Assembly: GCA_965649165.1 (NCBI GenBank)
Contig: CBFGJT010000005.1
Coordinates: forward strand, 17,358-81,357
Length of the DNA stretch: 64,000 nt
Direction of reading: 5' to 3'
DNA from: a candidate division WOR-3 bacterium
Lineage (GTDB): Bacteria; Hydrothermota; Tepidihabitantia; Tepidihabitantales; Tepidihabitantaceae
Made by a program: the position numbers and the translations under genes. Shown piece after piece: positions 56,976-64,000 of the stretch. The notes below the pieces were generated by a model. It saw nothing but the letters and a program-made list of their open reading frames with translations, searched no databases and had not been told where the DNA came from. The first letter of the stretch is position 1. Every line of letters begins with the position of its first letter.

Positions 56976-57538
56976 TAGTGTAGCTCCCGGCGGTGCTGAT
57001 AGATGACGAGCGCGGCATTGCCCAGCGCTGCGGCAAAGAGCGGCAGGGAACGGTAGTATAGTCCGACAAAGACCGGGAGGCCGAGCATGGTTATGGCAAC
57101 ACACCAGGCGTCCCGCTTCAGGCGCAGAATGAATTTCGTCAGAATGAGCAGGGCGCCCAGAAATACCGGCACCTGATAGAGGGTTATACCCGACCAGACC
57201 CCGAAGGTGACCGCCAAACCCTTGCCGCCACGCAGGCGCAAAAACGGAGAAAAGGCATGACCGAGTACCGGTGCGAGAATGAGCAGAATCAACAGCGCTT
57301 TGGAGATGTGGAAGTGCCAGAAGCCGAGTCCGGTCGGGACCATCCCCTTGAGAAAATCAAATATTAGTCCCAGCATGCCGATCGCCGGACCGGCAGCGCG
57401 GAACGCGTTGACCGCACCGGGATTGCCATCGCCGGTCCGACGGATGTCGATGCCCCGGAGCCGGGCAAGCCAGAAGGAGAACATCAGGGCGCCACTGAAA
57501 AAGCCGGCAAGGACAAGGAGCAACCCGGTCCAGTTCAT
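56975..57538 (-). CDS. plsY: glycerol-3-phosphate acyltransferase PlsY
   Basis: Contains GDGNPGAVNAFR..G and GGKG.AVTFG within multiple TM helices. Confidence 0.92.
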   Translation of the reverse strand: MNWTGLLLVLAGFFSGALMFSFWLARLRGIDIRRTGDGNPGAVNAFRAAGPAIGMLGLIFDFLKGMVPTGLGFWHFHISKALLILLILAPVLGHAFSPFLRLRGGKGLAVTFGVWSGITLYQVPVFLGALLILTKFILRLKRDAWCVAITMLGLPVFVGLYYRSLPLFAAALGNAALVIYQHRRELH

Positions 57539-58257
57539 TCAAACGGCTCCGGATTCAGCCTGAGCCGGTAGTCGGAATATACCTCCCGGACCTCAATCCG
57601 GCGCTGCATTAGGGTCCGGACCAGCCTCAGGCTCAGGGCCATTTTCAGCTCAAACGCCACCGGCAGCCAGAAACGCTCGACCCGGTCATACTTCAGGACT
57701 ATCCGGGTGCTGTCTACAACCGGGGGCAGCTCGGCCGGTATAAACTCCAGTTTTACCAGTTCCCAGCTTCCGGGCAGAAAGTAGCCGGTGCCGGTGAGCA
57801 GGTGCCGGTCCGGTTTTTGGGGTCGGAACCGGATCGCCCGCAGCCGCTGTCCCTCAACAGTGACTGTGCCCGTATCTGTAAAAAGGTAGAACCTCCGGTT
57901 CTCGGGGAAAAAGGGCAGCCGGATCTGGCGGGCAAACATACCCTTGGCACTCAGGCTGCGGAGCAGCCGCTGCCGGCGCCGGCCCTGAACCGGTCTTTCG
58001 TTCAGCTCCACGCTGATGAACAGATCCTGTTGGTGCTCATAACGGTCCATCACCACTCGGCGCAGGCAGTGGATGGTGTCGGCACGATTGTGGAGCAGGT
58101 CGGTTTCAACATAGGTCAGCTCGGCACGATAGGTCACGCTCCGGAGTTGGGCGGCGATCTCTGCCTGATGGCAGAAGATGGAGTCAATAGAGGCCGAAAT
58201 GGAGATCAGCAGGGGTAGCACCAGTCCGGACACAGAAAAATTATCCTTGGAAATCAC
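57535..58257 (-). CDS. hypothetical protein
   Basis: 240-aa ORF with a GTG start that overlaps plsY by 4 nt. I recognise no motif. Confidence 0.5.
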   Translation of the reverse strand: MISKDNFSVSGLVLPLLISISASIDSIFCHQAEIAAQLRSVTYRAELTYVETDLLHNRADTIHCLRRVVMDRYEHQQDLFISVELNERPVQGRRRQRLLRSLSAKGMFARQIRLPFFPENRRFYLFTDTGTVTVEGQRLRAIRFRPQKPDRHLLTGTGYFLPGSWELVKLEFIPAELPPVVDSTRIVLKYDRVERFWLPVAFELKMALSLRLVRTLMQRRIEVREVYSDYRLRLNPEPFE

Positions 58258-58323
58258 TACGGGTCAATGGCTTCCTGCATGACAGGTAGAGATTAAAGGC
58301 ATTTCCGCTCCCCAAACCGACCC

Positions 58324-58368
58324 TCGGGGGAACTGTCCTCCCCCTCAGCAGGATCTGAAGGGGAACTG
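58324..58368 (-). repeat. copy C of the noncoding motif: CAGTTCCCCCGA and CAGTTCCCCTT on the minus strand
   Basis: Plus-strand tcgggggaactg at 58324-58335 and aaggggaactg at 58358-58368 are the reverse complements of the core segments of copies A and B. Confidence 0.5.
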
Positions 58369-58416
58369 ATTTATATGATATTGATAATCTGTAAATTAGC
58401 AGATCGGGGAGGGGAT

Positions 58417-58448
58417 GTTAAATTTCTCCTCTGTTAAATTTCTTCTCT
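58417..58448 (+). repeat. tandem 16-nt direct repeat GTTAAATTTCTCCTCT / GTTAAATTTCTTCTCT
   Basis: Two adjacent copies that differ at one position, about 30 nt upstream of the 58479 promoter. Confidence 0.8.
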
Positions 58449-58478
58449 TTTTGGACTCTAACTGTTATTGGGGTGCTC

Positions 58479-58507
58479 TTGCCTTGATGTCGGTTATCGG
58501 TTAATAT
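58479..58507 (+). promoter_or_regulatory. sigma70-like promoter (TTGCCT-17-TAATAT), leaderless geometry
   Basis: The -10 ends 9 nt before ATG 58517 and there is no Shine-Dalgarno sequence. Confidence 0.5.
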
Positions 58508-58516
58508 TTAATTATT

Positions 58517-59479
58517 ATGGTGCCGGTGCCGAAGGTGCTTTTTTCCCGCTGTCTCGGGTTTGAGTCCTGCCGTTATAACGGCGAGATCATCCGGGATGAG
58601 TTTGTTGAACGGCTGAAACGGTTTGTTGAGCCGGTGACCGTATGTCCGGAGCTGGGGATTGGCCTTGGGGTACCGCGTCCGCCCATCAAAATTTTGTATC
58701 AAGAGGGTACGATCCGGCTCATTCAGCCGGCAACCGGGCTGGACCTGACCGACCAAATGCAGGGGTTTGTGCAATCGTTTCTTGACCGGCTGGGTACGGT
58801 TGACGGATTTGTGCTCAAATCCCGTTCACCCTCGTGTGGGACACGGGATGTCAAGGCTTTCAATGAGGAGGGCAATATCTATCCGGCGTTCACCCGCCGC
58901 GGATTCTTCGGCGGTGCGGTCCTGGCCCGGTTTCCGGATCTGCCGGTGGAGGATGAGGGCCGGCTCCGGAACTTTCTCATCCGGGAGAGCTTTCTCTGCC
59001 GGCTGTTTGCTCTTGCCCGTTTCCGGCAGCTGAAGGCAGAACCGTCGCCCGGTGGACTCGTGGAGTTTCACACCCGGCATAAACTGCTTTTGCTTGCCTT
59101 CAGTCCTGAGGGGCTGCGGCAGCTGGGGAGAATTGTTGCCGATGCAGGTAGGCGTCCGGTGGCGACGGTGCTGGCAGAATATGGACCAGTTTTCTCCCAG
59201 GTGTTTGCCCGGCCGCCGAAGTATACGAATGCAATCAACGTCCTGCTCCATGCCCTGGGTCATTTCAAGGAGAAACTGAGTTCGGGCGAAAAGGCGTTCT
59301 TTCTGGATACAATCGATGCCTTTCGCCAGGGCCGGCTGCCGCTGAGTGTGCCGGTCAGCCTGCTCCGTTCCTGGATCGTCCGTTTTGGTGAGCCCTATCT
59401 GGAAAAGCAGTTTTTCTTCCAGCCCTATCCTGAGGCGCTCGCGGATATTGCCGACTCGGGCAAGGGCAGAAACCGTTAG
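58517..59479 (+). CDS. fused DUF523 (TudS-like thiouracil desulfurase fold) / DUF1722 (YbgA-like) protein
   Basis: The N-terminal CLGFESCRYNGE resembles the DUF523 Cys motif. The C-terminal segment FHTRHKLLLLA.S......LG..VA resembles DUF1722. Confidence 0.75.
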   Translation: MVPVPKVLFSRCLGFESCRYNGEIIRDEFVERLKRFVEPVTVCPELGIGLGVPRPPIKILYQEGTIRLIQPATGLDLTDQMQGFVQSFLDRLGTVDGFVLKSRSPSCGTRDVKAFNEEGNIYPAFTRRGFFGGAVLARFPDLPVEDEGRLRNFLIRESFLCRLFALARFRQLKAEPSPGGLVEFHTRHKLLLLAFSPEGLRQLGRIVADAGRRPVATVLAEYGPVFSQVFARPPKYTNAINVLLHALGHFKEKLSSGEKAFFLDTIDAFRQGRLPLSVPVSLLRSWIVRFGEPYLEKQFFFQPYPEALADIADSGKGRNR

Positions 59480-59481
59480 CG

Positions 59482-60366
59482 ATGATCCGGGTTGGCTATC
59501 CCTGCATCAATCTGACTCTTGCGTGCCGGGGCACGAGGACCTTCCGGCTCCGCTCCTATTCCCGGGAGCGGCTGCGGGAGACGGTTACCAGTAATCTTGC
59601 CTGTCTTGCCGAGACCATCCGCTGGAACATTGCGCACGGGATCGGCTTTTTCCGGATCAGCTCGGATCTGATACCGTTTGCCTCCCATCCGGTGAACCGC
59701 TACCCCTGGTATCTGGTTTTTGCCCGGCAGTTCCGCCGGATCGGCGAGCTGATCCGAAGGAGCCAGATGCGGATCTCGATGCATCCGGACCAGTTTGTTC
59801 TGCTCAATGCGAAGAGGGAGCAGATTGTTGCCGACTCAATCCGGGAGCTCGTTTACCATTGCCGGGTCCTGGATCTGCTCGGGCTGGACCGGACCGCCAA
59901 GGTGCAGATTCATCTGGGCGGTGCCTATGGTGACAAGCGGGCGAGCATGGAGCGGTTTATTATGGTTTACCGGCTTTTGCCTGCAGCAGTTCGGTGCCGG
60001 CTGGTGATTGAAAATGATGACCGGATTTACAATGTGTCCGAATGCCTGGCGGTCAGTGCGGAAACCGGCATCCCGGTCGTCTTTGACTCCTTTCACCATG
60101 AGGTCAATAGTGACGGCACGGACTGGCGGCGGGCATTTGAGCGCTGTGCCGCCACCTGGCGCAGGCGGGACGGGTTGCCGATGGTGGACTACAGTTCGCA
60201 GCTTGCCGGTGCCCGGTCCGGTACACATGCCCATCACCTTGATCCGGATCATTTCCGCCGTTTTTTCGCAGCGCTTGCGGATCGTGATTTTGACCTGATG
60301 CTTGAGATCAAGGATAAGGAGCAGAGCGTCCTGGTGGCACAGCGGCTGCTCAGTGGTAAATTTTGA
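59482..60366 (+). CDS. uvsE: UV DNA damage endonuclease
   Basis: Contains MIRVGYPCINL, FRISSDLIPFASH, HPDQF..LN and ENDD. 294 aa. Confidence 0.9.
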   Translation: MIRVGYPCINLTLACRGTRTFRLRSYSRERLRETVTSNLACLAETIRWNIAHGIGFFRISSDLIPFASHPVNRYPWYLVFARQFRRIGELIRRSQMRISMHPDQFVLLNAKREQIVADSIRELVYHCRVLDLLGLDRTAKVQIHLGGAYGDKRASMERFIMVYRLLPAAVRCRLVIENDDRIYNVSECLAVSAETGIPVVFDSFHHEVNSDGTDWRRAFERCAATWRRRDGLPMVDYSSQLAGARSGTHAHHLDPDHFRRFFAALADRDFDLMLEIKDKEQSVLVAQRLLSGKF

Positions 60367-60390
60367 CTTCAGCCAAGGACAGGTTAAAAT
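60363..60390 (+). promoter_or_regulatory. sigma70-like promoter (TTGACT-16-TAAAAT) for the por operon
   Basis: The -35 overlaps the uvsE stop. GGAGG and ATG 60420 follow. Confidence 0.6.
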
Positions 60391-60419
60391 TAAATTCTAC
60401 TTTGAAAAACGGAGGTCAA

Positions 60420-61004
60420 ATGGCAAAGGTTCTGGAAATCAGATGGCATGGCCGGGGCGGTCAGGGCGCCAAGACCGCAGCGCTGCTTTTCGGTGAGGCG
60501 GCGCTTGAGACCGGCAAGTATATTCAGGCTTTTCCCGAATACGGACCGGAGCGGATGGGCGCACCGGTAACCGCCTTCAACCGGCTCTCGGAGGAGCCGA
60601 TCTACAGCCATTCGGGAATCAAAAATCCGGATATTGTGGTTGTGCTTGATTCTTCTCTGATTGAACCGGCAGGGGTAACTGAGGGGCTTAAGCCTGGCGG
60701 CATTCTGCTGGTAAATACCGTGGAAAGCCCGGATGTGCTCCGGAAACGGCTGAATCTGCCAGAGTCAGTCCGGGTTTATACCGTTGATGCCTCAACCATT
60801 GCGCTGGAGACAGTCGGCAAGGATGTGCCCAACACCCCGATGCTTGGTGCGCTGGCGCGGGTGACCGGTGTGTTGGAGCTGGAGCCGATGATTGCAGCGA
60901 TCCGTTCCAAGCTGAGTTCAAAGTTCCGGGGCCGGGAAAAGCTCGTCGAGGACAATCTCAAAAGCATCCGGCGCGCATTTGAAGAGGTCAAGGGGTTGAA
61001 CTGA
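60420..61004 (+). CDS. porC: pyruvate/2-oxoacid:ferredoxin oxidoreductase gamma subunit
   Basis: The start is reassigned to ATG 60420 (MAKVLEIRWHGRGGQGAKTAA.L). First gene in the gamma-delta-alpha-beta order. Confidence 0.85.
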   Translation: MAKVLEIRWHGRGGQGAKTAALLFGEAALETGKYIQAFPEYGPERMGAPVTAFNRLSEEPIYSHSGIKNPDIVVVLDSSLIEPAGVTEGLKPGGILLVNTVESPDVLRKRLNLPESVRVYTVDASTIALETVGKDVPNTPMLGALARVTGVLELEPMIAAIRSKLSSKFRGREKLVEDNLKSIRRAFEEVKGLN

Positions 61005-61016
61005 GGGGAGGCGATT

Positions 61017-61304
61017 ATGGCGAAAAAACTGCAAGGCTGGCAGGAGCTGCCCTGCGGGGCGATCATTACTGACATGCAGGCGGTTAAGGAGAACAAGACC
61101 GGAGCCTGGCGCAGTCAGCGGCCGGTCTGGAGCAGGGAGAAGTGCCGGCAGTGTCTCATGTGCTGGATTTACTGCCCGGATTCGGCGATCCTGATCCAGG
61201 ACGGAAAGGTGGTCGGGATTGACTATGACTACTGCAAGGGGTGCGGCAACTGTGCCAGCATCTGTCCGGCAAAGGCAATTGAGATGGAAAAGGAGAAGAA
61301 ATGA
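61017..61304 (+). CDS. porD: pyruvate/2-oxoacid:ferredoxin oxidoreductase delta subunit (2x[4Fe-4S])
   Basis: Contains CRQCLMCWIYCPD and CKGCGNCASICP. Confidence 0.85.
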   Translation: MAKKLQGWQELPCGAIITDMQAVKENKTGAWRSQRPVWSREKCRQCLMCWIYCPDSAILIQDGKVVGIDYDYCKGCGNCASICPAKAIEMEKEKK

Positions 61305-62455
61305 TTCTGGCAAAGACCGGTAATGAGGCGTTTGCCTATGCGATGAAGCAGATTAACCCGGATGTGGTTGCTGCCTATCCGATTACCCCTTCAACCGAGA
61401 TTGTCCAGCTGTTCTCCAACTATGTTGCCGATGGTGAGGTGGACACCGAGTTTGTGCCGGTGGAGAGTGAACATTCGGCAATGACCGCCTGTATCGGTGC
61501 CGCCGCCTGCGGCCGGCGGGTGATGACCGCCACCGCTTCGCAGGGGCTGGCGCTGATGCATGAAATGCTGTTCATTGCTGCGGGGCTGCGGCTGCCGATT
61601 GTGATGGCGGTGGCATCCCGCTCGCTTTCCTCACCGCTCAATATCCACGGTGATCACTCCGATTCGGTGGCATCACGGGATTCTGGCTGGCTGCAGTTTT
61701 TCTGTGAGACGGTCCAGGAGGGGTATGATACGCTGATTATGGCGGTGAAGATTGCGGAGCGGGCATACCTGCCGGCAATTGTGGCGATTGACGGCTTCAT
61801 CCTCTCTCACTGTCAAGAGCGGATTGAGACGCTGGAGGATTGGGCGGTCCGGGAGTTTTTGGGTCAACCAAAACCCAACTACAACCTCCTGGATTGGCGC
61901 AATCCGATTCTGGTCGGACCGGCAACCCTGCAGGATTACTATTTTGAGTTTAAGCGCAGTGAGATTGAGGGGATGAACCGGGCGCTGCCGGTGATTGAGG
62001 GGGTCCAGCAGGAGTTTGGGCAGAAATTTGGCCGTTATTATCCGGTGCTGGAGGAGTACCAATGCGATGATGCAGAGGCGGTGCTGGTGGTCATGGGCTC
62101 TGCCTGCGGAACCTGCCGGGTGGCGGTTGATCAGCTGCGGGCCGAAGGTAAGAAGGTGGGATTGGTGAAGCTGCGGGTGTTCCGACCTCTGGTGCACAAC
62201 CTCCTAAAGAAAAGCCTTGCCCGCTTCCGGATGATCGGTGTCCTGGACCGGGTGGATGCGGTCAACTCCTATGGCGGTCCGCTTTTTACCGAGATCACCT
62301 CGGTGCTGTATGATCTGCCGGAAAGACCGAAGGTTTTTTCCTATGTTTACGGTCTGGGCGGACGGGAGTTTTCCCCGGAAGATGCCCGGATTGTTTATGA
62401 GCAGGTGCTTTCGGGCAAAAAGGATGAACTGGTAACCTATGTGGGTGTGAGGTGA
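61301..62455 (+). CDS. porA: pyruvate/2-oxoacid:ferredoxin oxidoreductase alpha subunit
   Basis: Contains GNEA.AYA......DVVAAYPITPSTEI and ESEHSAM. 384 aa. Confidence 0.88.
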   Translation: MILAKTGNEAFAYAMKQINPDVVAAYPITPSTEIVQLFSNYVADGEVDTEFVPVESEHSAMTACIGAAACGRRVMTATASQGLALMHEMLFIAAGLRLPIVMAVASRSLSSPLNIHGDHSDSVASRDSGWLQFFCETVQEGYDTLIMAVKIAERAYLPAIVAIDGFILSHCQERIETLEDWAVREFLGQPKPNYNLLDWRNPILVGPATLQDYYFEFKRSEIEGMNRALPVIEGVQQEFGQKFGRYYPVLEEYQCDDAEAVLVVMGSACGTCRVAVDQLRAEGKKVGLVKLRVFRPLVHNLLKKSLARFRMIGVLDRVDAVNSYGGPLFTEITSVLYDLPERPKVFSYVYGLGGREFSPEDARIVYEQVLSGKKDELVTYVGVR

Positions 62456-62458
62456 AAA

Positions 62459-63409
62459 ATGTTGAAACTTCAGGATCTGGCAAAGAATCAGGAGCTTTTT
62501 TCTCATGGCCATCGTGCTTGTGCCGGCTGTGGTGAGGCGCTGGCGGTGCGGCAGATTCTACTCGCCGCCCAGCCCCGGCCGGTGGTGACTACGATGGCAA
62601 CCGGCTGTCTGGAGATTTTTTCCTCCATCTATCCGCACAGCGCCTGGCAGGTGCCGATGATTCATACTGCGTTTGAGACCGCAGCATCAACTGCAGCCGG
62701 GGTCGAGGCGGCATACCGGTTTGCGAAAAAGAAGGGGCTGATCAGTGATGATATCCGGATTATCGCCTTTGCCGGCGATGGCGGGACCTATGACATCGGG
62801 CTGCAGGCGCTCTCCGGGGCGTTCGAGCGCCGGCACCGGTTTCTGTATGTGTGCACCAACAATGAAGCCTATATGAATACGGGAATTCAGCGTTCATCGG
62901 CCACGCCTTATGGTGCGGATACCACCACCTCACCGGCAGGCAGAGTGCTGCCCGGCAAGATCCAGCACCGCAAAAACATCATGGAGATTGTAATTGCCCA
63001 TGATGTTGCCTATGCGGCGCAGACCACGGTGTTTTTCTGGCGGGATCTGGCAACCAAGGTGCAGAAGGCGCTGGATGCTCCGGGTCCGAGCTTTCTCAAT
63101 GTGCTTGTGCCCTGTCCGCTCGGCTGGCGCCATCTGCCTTCCGAAACGGTTAAACTCTCCCGGCTTGCCGCTGATACCTGCTACTGGCCGCTGTATGAGT
63201 ATGAAAACGGCCGTTACAAGGTAAATTATACGCCAACAAAGAGGCTGCCGGTGGAGGAGTTCCTCAAGCCCCAAGGCCGGTTCCGGCATCTTTTCGGTAG
63301 TGAGGCGGGGCAGCAGGTGATTGCGGAACTGCAGCGTTATGTCGATGAGCAGTGGGAATTGCTGCTCAGAAAGCAGGCGTTGTTCGGTGAGGGTTCAGCT
63401 AAGGCTTGA
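62459..63409 (+). CDS. porB: pyruvate/2-oxoacid:ferredoxin oxidoreductase beta subunit (TPP-binding)
   Basis: Contains GHRACAGCGE, the TPP motif GDGGTYDIG...L and NNEAYMNTG. Confidence 0.88.
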   Translation: MLKLQDLAKNQELFSHGHRACAGCGEALAVRQILLAAQPRPVVTTMATGCLEIFSSIYPHSAWQVPMIHTAFETAASTAAGVEAAYRFAKKKGLISDDIRIIAFAGDGGTYDIGLQALSGAFERRHRFLYVCTNNEAYMNTGIQRSSATPYGADTTTSPAGRVLPGKIQHRKNIMEIVIAHDVAYAAQTTVFFWRDLATKVQKALDAPGPSFLNVLVPCPLGWRHLPSETVKLSRLAADTCYWPLYEYENGRYKVNYTPTKRLPVEEFLKPQGRFRHLFGSEAGQQVIAELQRYVDEQWELLLRKQALFGEGSAKA

Positions 63410-63440
63410 CAGAACTCAAGCCGAGCATTAAAATTTCAGT

Positions 63441-64000
63441 GTGGGTGCAACGCGGCGCGCTCGGGTAACCAGCCGGTTTTATGTGCGGGTGACCGGTGCG
63501 CAGCCGGTCTGGCAGTTCTTCCCCCGGACCGTAAAGCCGGCAGAGCTGAAAATCGGTCCCGGTATTGCAGAACTCGTCCATCAGTGTCCCAATTTTCTGA
63601 ATCTGGCTGACGCCGAAACAGCGCCCTTCCGGGTTGTTCTGCCGCTGGCAGAAATTGCCGACGTGCGTTCCCCAGTTTTTCTTGCGGTGCAGGAGTCGGG
63701 CGGGCTTTATATCGTTGGCTGCCCGGATGAAAGCGGACCGGGTGCCTACACCACGATGGTGGCAGACATTCTGGCTGCTAGCACGAGAATGTGGCGGATG
63801 AGCTATGAACAGTTTTCCCGGCTGTTTGCCGAGATCGAAGGGGTGGATCTGGAGGAGCTGATGCTGGAGCGCAGCAGTGCCGACTGGGATTTTGAGCAGT
63901 TTCAAGCCGCAGTCAGTCTCAATCTGGAAAAAGGCCGGTTTCCGATACTGATTGTCACCGCTGAACCTGAAGGTGAGGTCCGGCAGGTGCTAGAGTATCT
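63441..64000 (+). CDS. hypothetical protein, 3'-truncated by the window end
   Basis: This frame is open from the stop at 63429-63431 to the window end. I translated it by hand (..RFYVRVTGAQPVWQFFPRTVKPAELKIGPG...FPILIVTAEPEGEVRQVLEY). It looks more protein-like than the antisense 168-aa track ORF. The GTG start is uncertain. Confidence 0.4.
   Translation, partial: MGATRRARVTSRFYVRVTGAQPVWQFFPRTVKPAELKIGPGIAELVHQCPNFLNLADAETAPFRVVLPLAEIADVRSPVFLAVQESGGLYIVGCPDESGPGAYTTMVADILAASTRMWRMSYEQFSRLFAEIEGVDLEELMLERSSADWDFEQFQAAVSLNLEKGRFPILIVTAEPEGEVRQVLEY

Noticed and set aside
1-64000. Search for CRISPR arrays, transposases/IS ends, reverse transcriptases, phage structural or defence-island genes, and rRNA
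   Set aside because: None was found by reading ORF products and scanning the intergenic regions for regularly spaced repeats. The only recombinase is a XerC/D-type housekeeping enzyme.

Overview
This is a GC-rich bacterial chromosomal window with no rRNA, CRISPR array, transposase or prophage that I could see. It looks like an uncultivated anaerobe. That is inferred from the pyruvate:ferredoxin oxidoreductase porCDAB operon, the hybrid-cluster protein, many Fe-S proteins, and four cargo proteins with T9SS-type C-terminal sorting domains.

Housekeeping genes recognised with confidence are glyQ, clpB, uvrA, rny-ymdB, zapA, ilvE-rpiB, plsY, uvsE, hcp and a fused ftcD, plus two tRNAs, Asp-GUC and Met/Ile2-CAU. 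The rest is mostly secreted or surface repeat proteins: PKD-like, Asp-box/BNR, FN3, CARDB, Kelch-like and beta-helix types. There is also a TonB-dependent receptor with a DUF4249 partner and an ECF sigma envelope-stress operon. Sigma70-like TTGACA-N16/17-TATAAT promoters are easy to read in the AT-rich intergenic regions.

The most interesting observations are:
1. A two-gene cassette (tail-fibre-like protein followed by a T9SS cargo with a shared N-terminal module) is present once intact at 40058-43279 and once decayed at 28904-31352.
2. A 159-nt, 6S-RNA-like extended helix with a central bubble and a U-tract lies directly after zapA and before rny.
3. A conserved noncoding motif, GGGGGCAGTTCCCC..ACCGT..TGG or CAGTTCCCC(C/T), recurs in three unusually long intergenic regions.
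4. A C-depleted G+T block surrounds a degenerate GxxExxY gene.
5. A single in-frame TGA splits a signal-peptide-to-T9SS-CTD Asp-box protein into two ORFs.
6. Several promoters are positioned so that the transcripts would be leaderless.

All functional calls come from motif recognition by eye. No database search was run.
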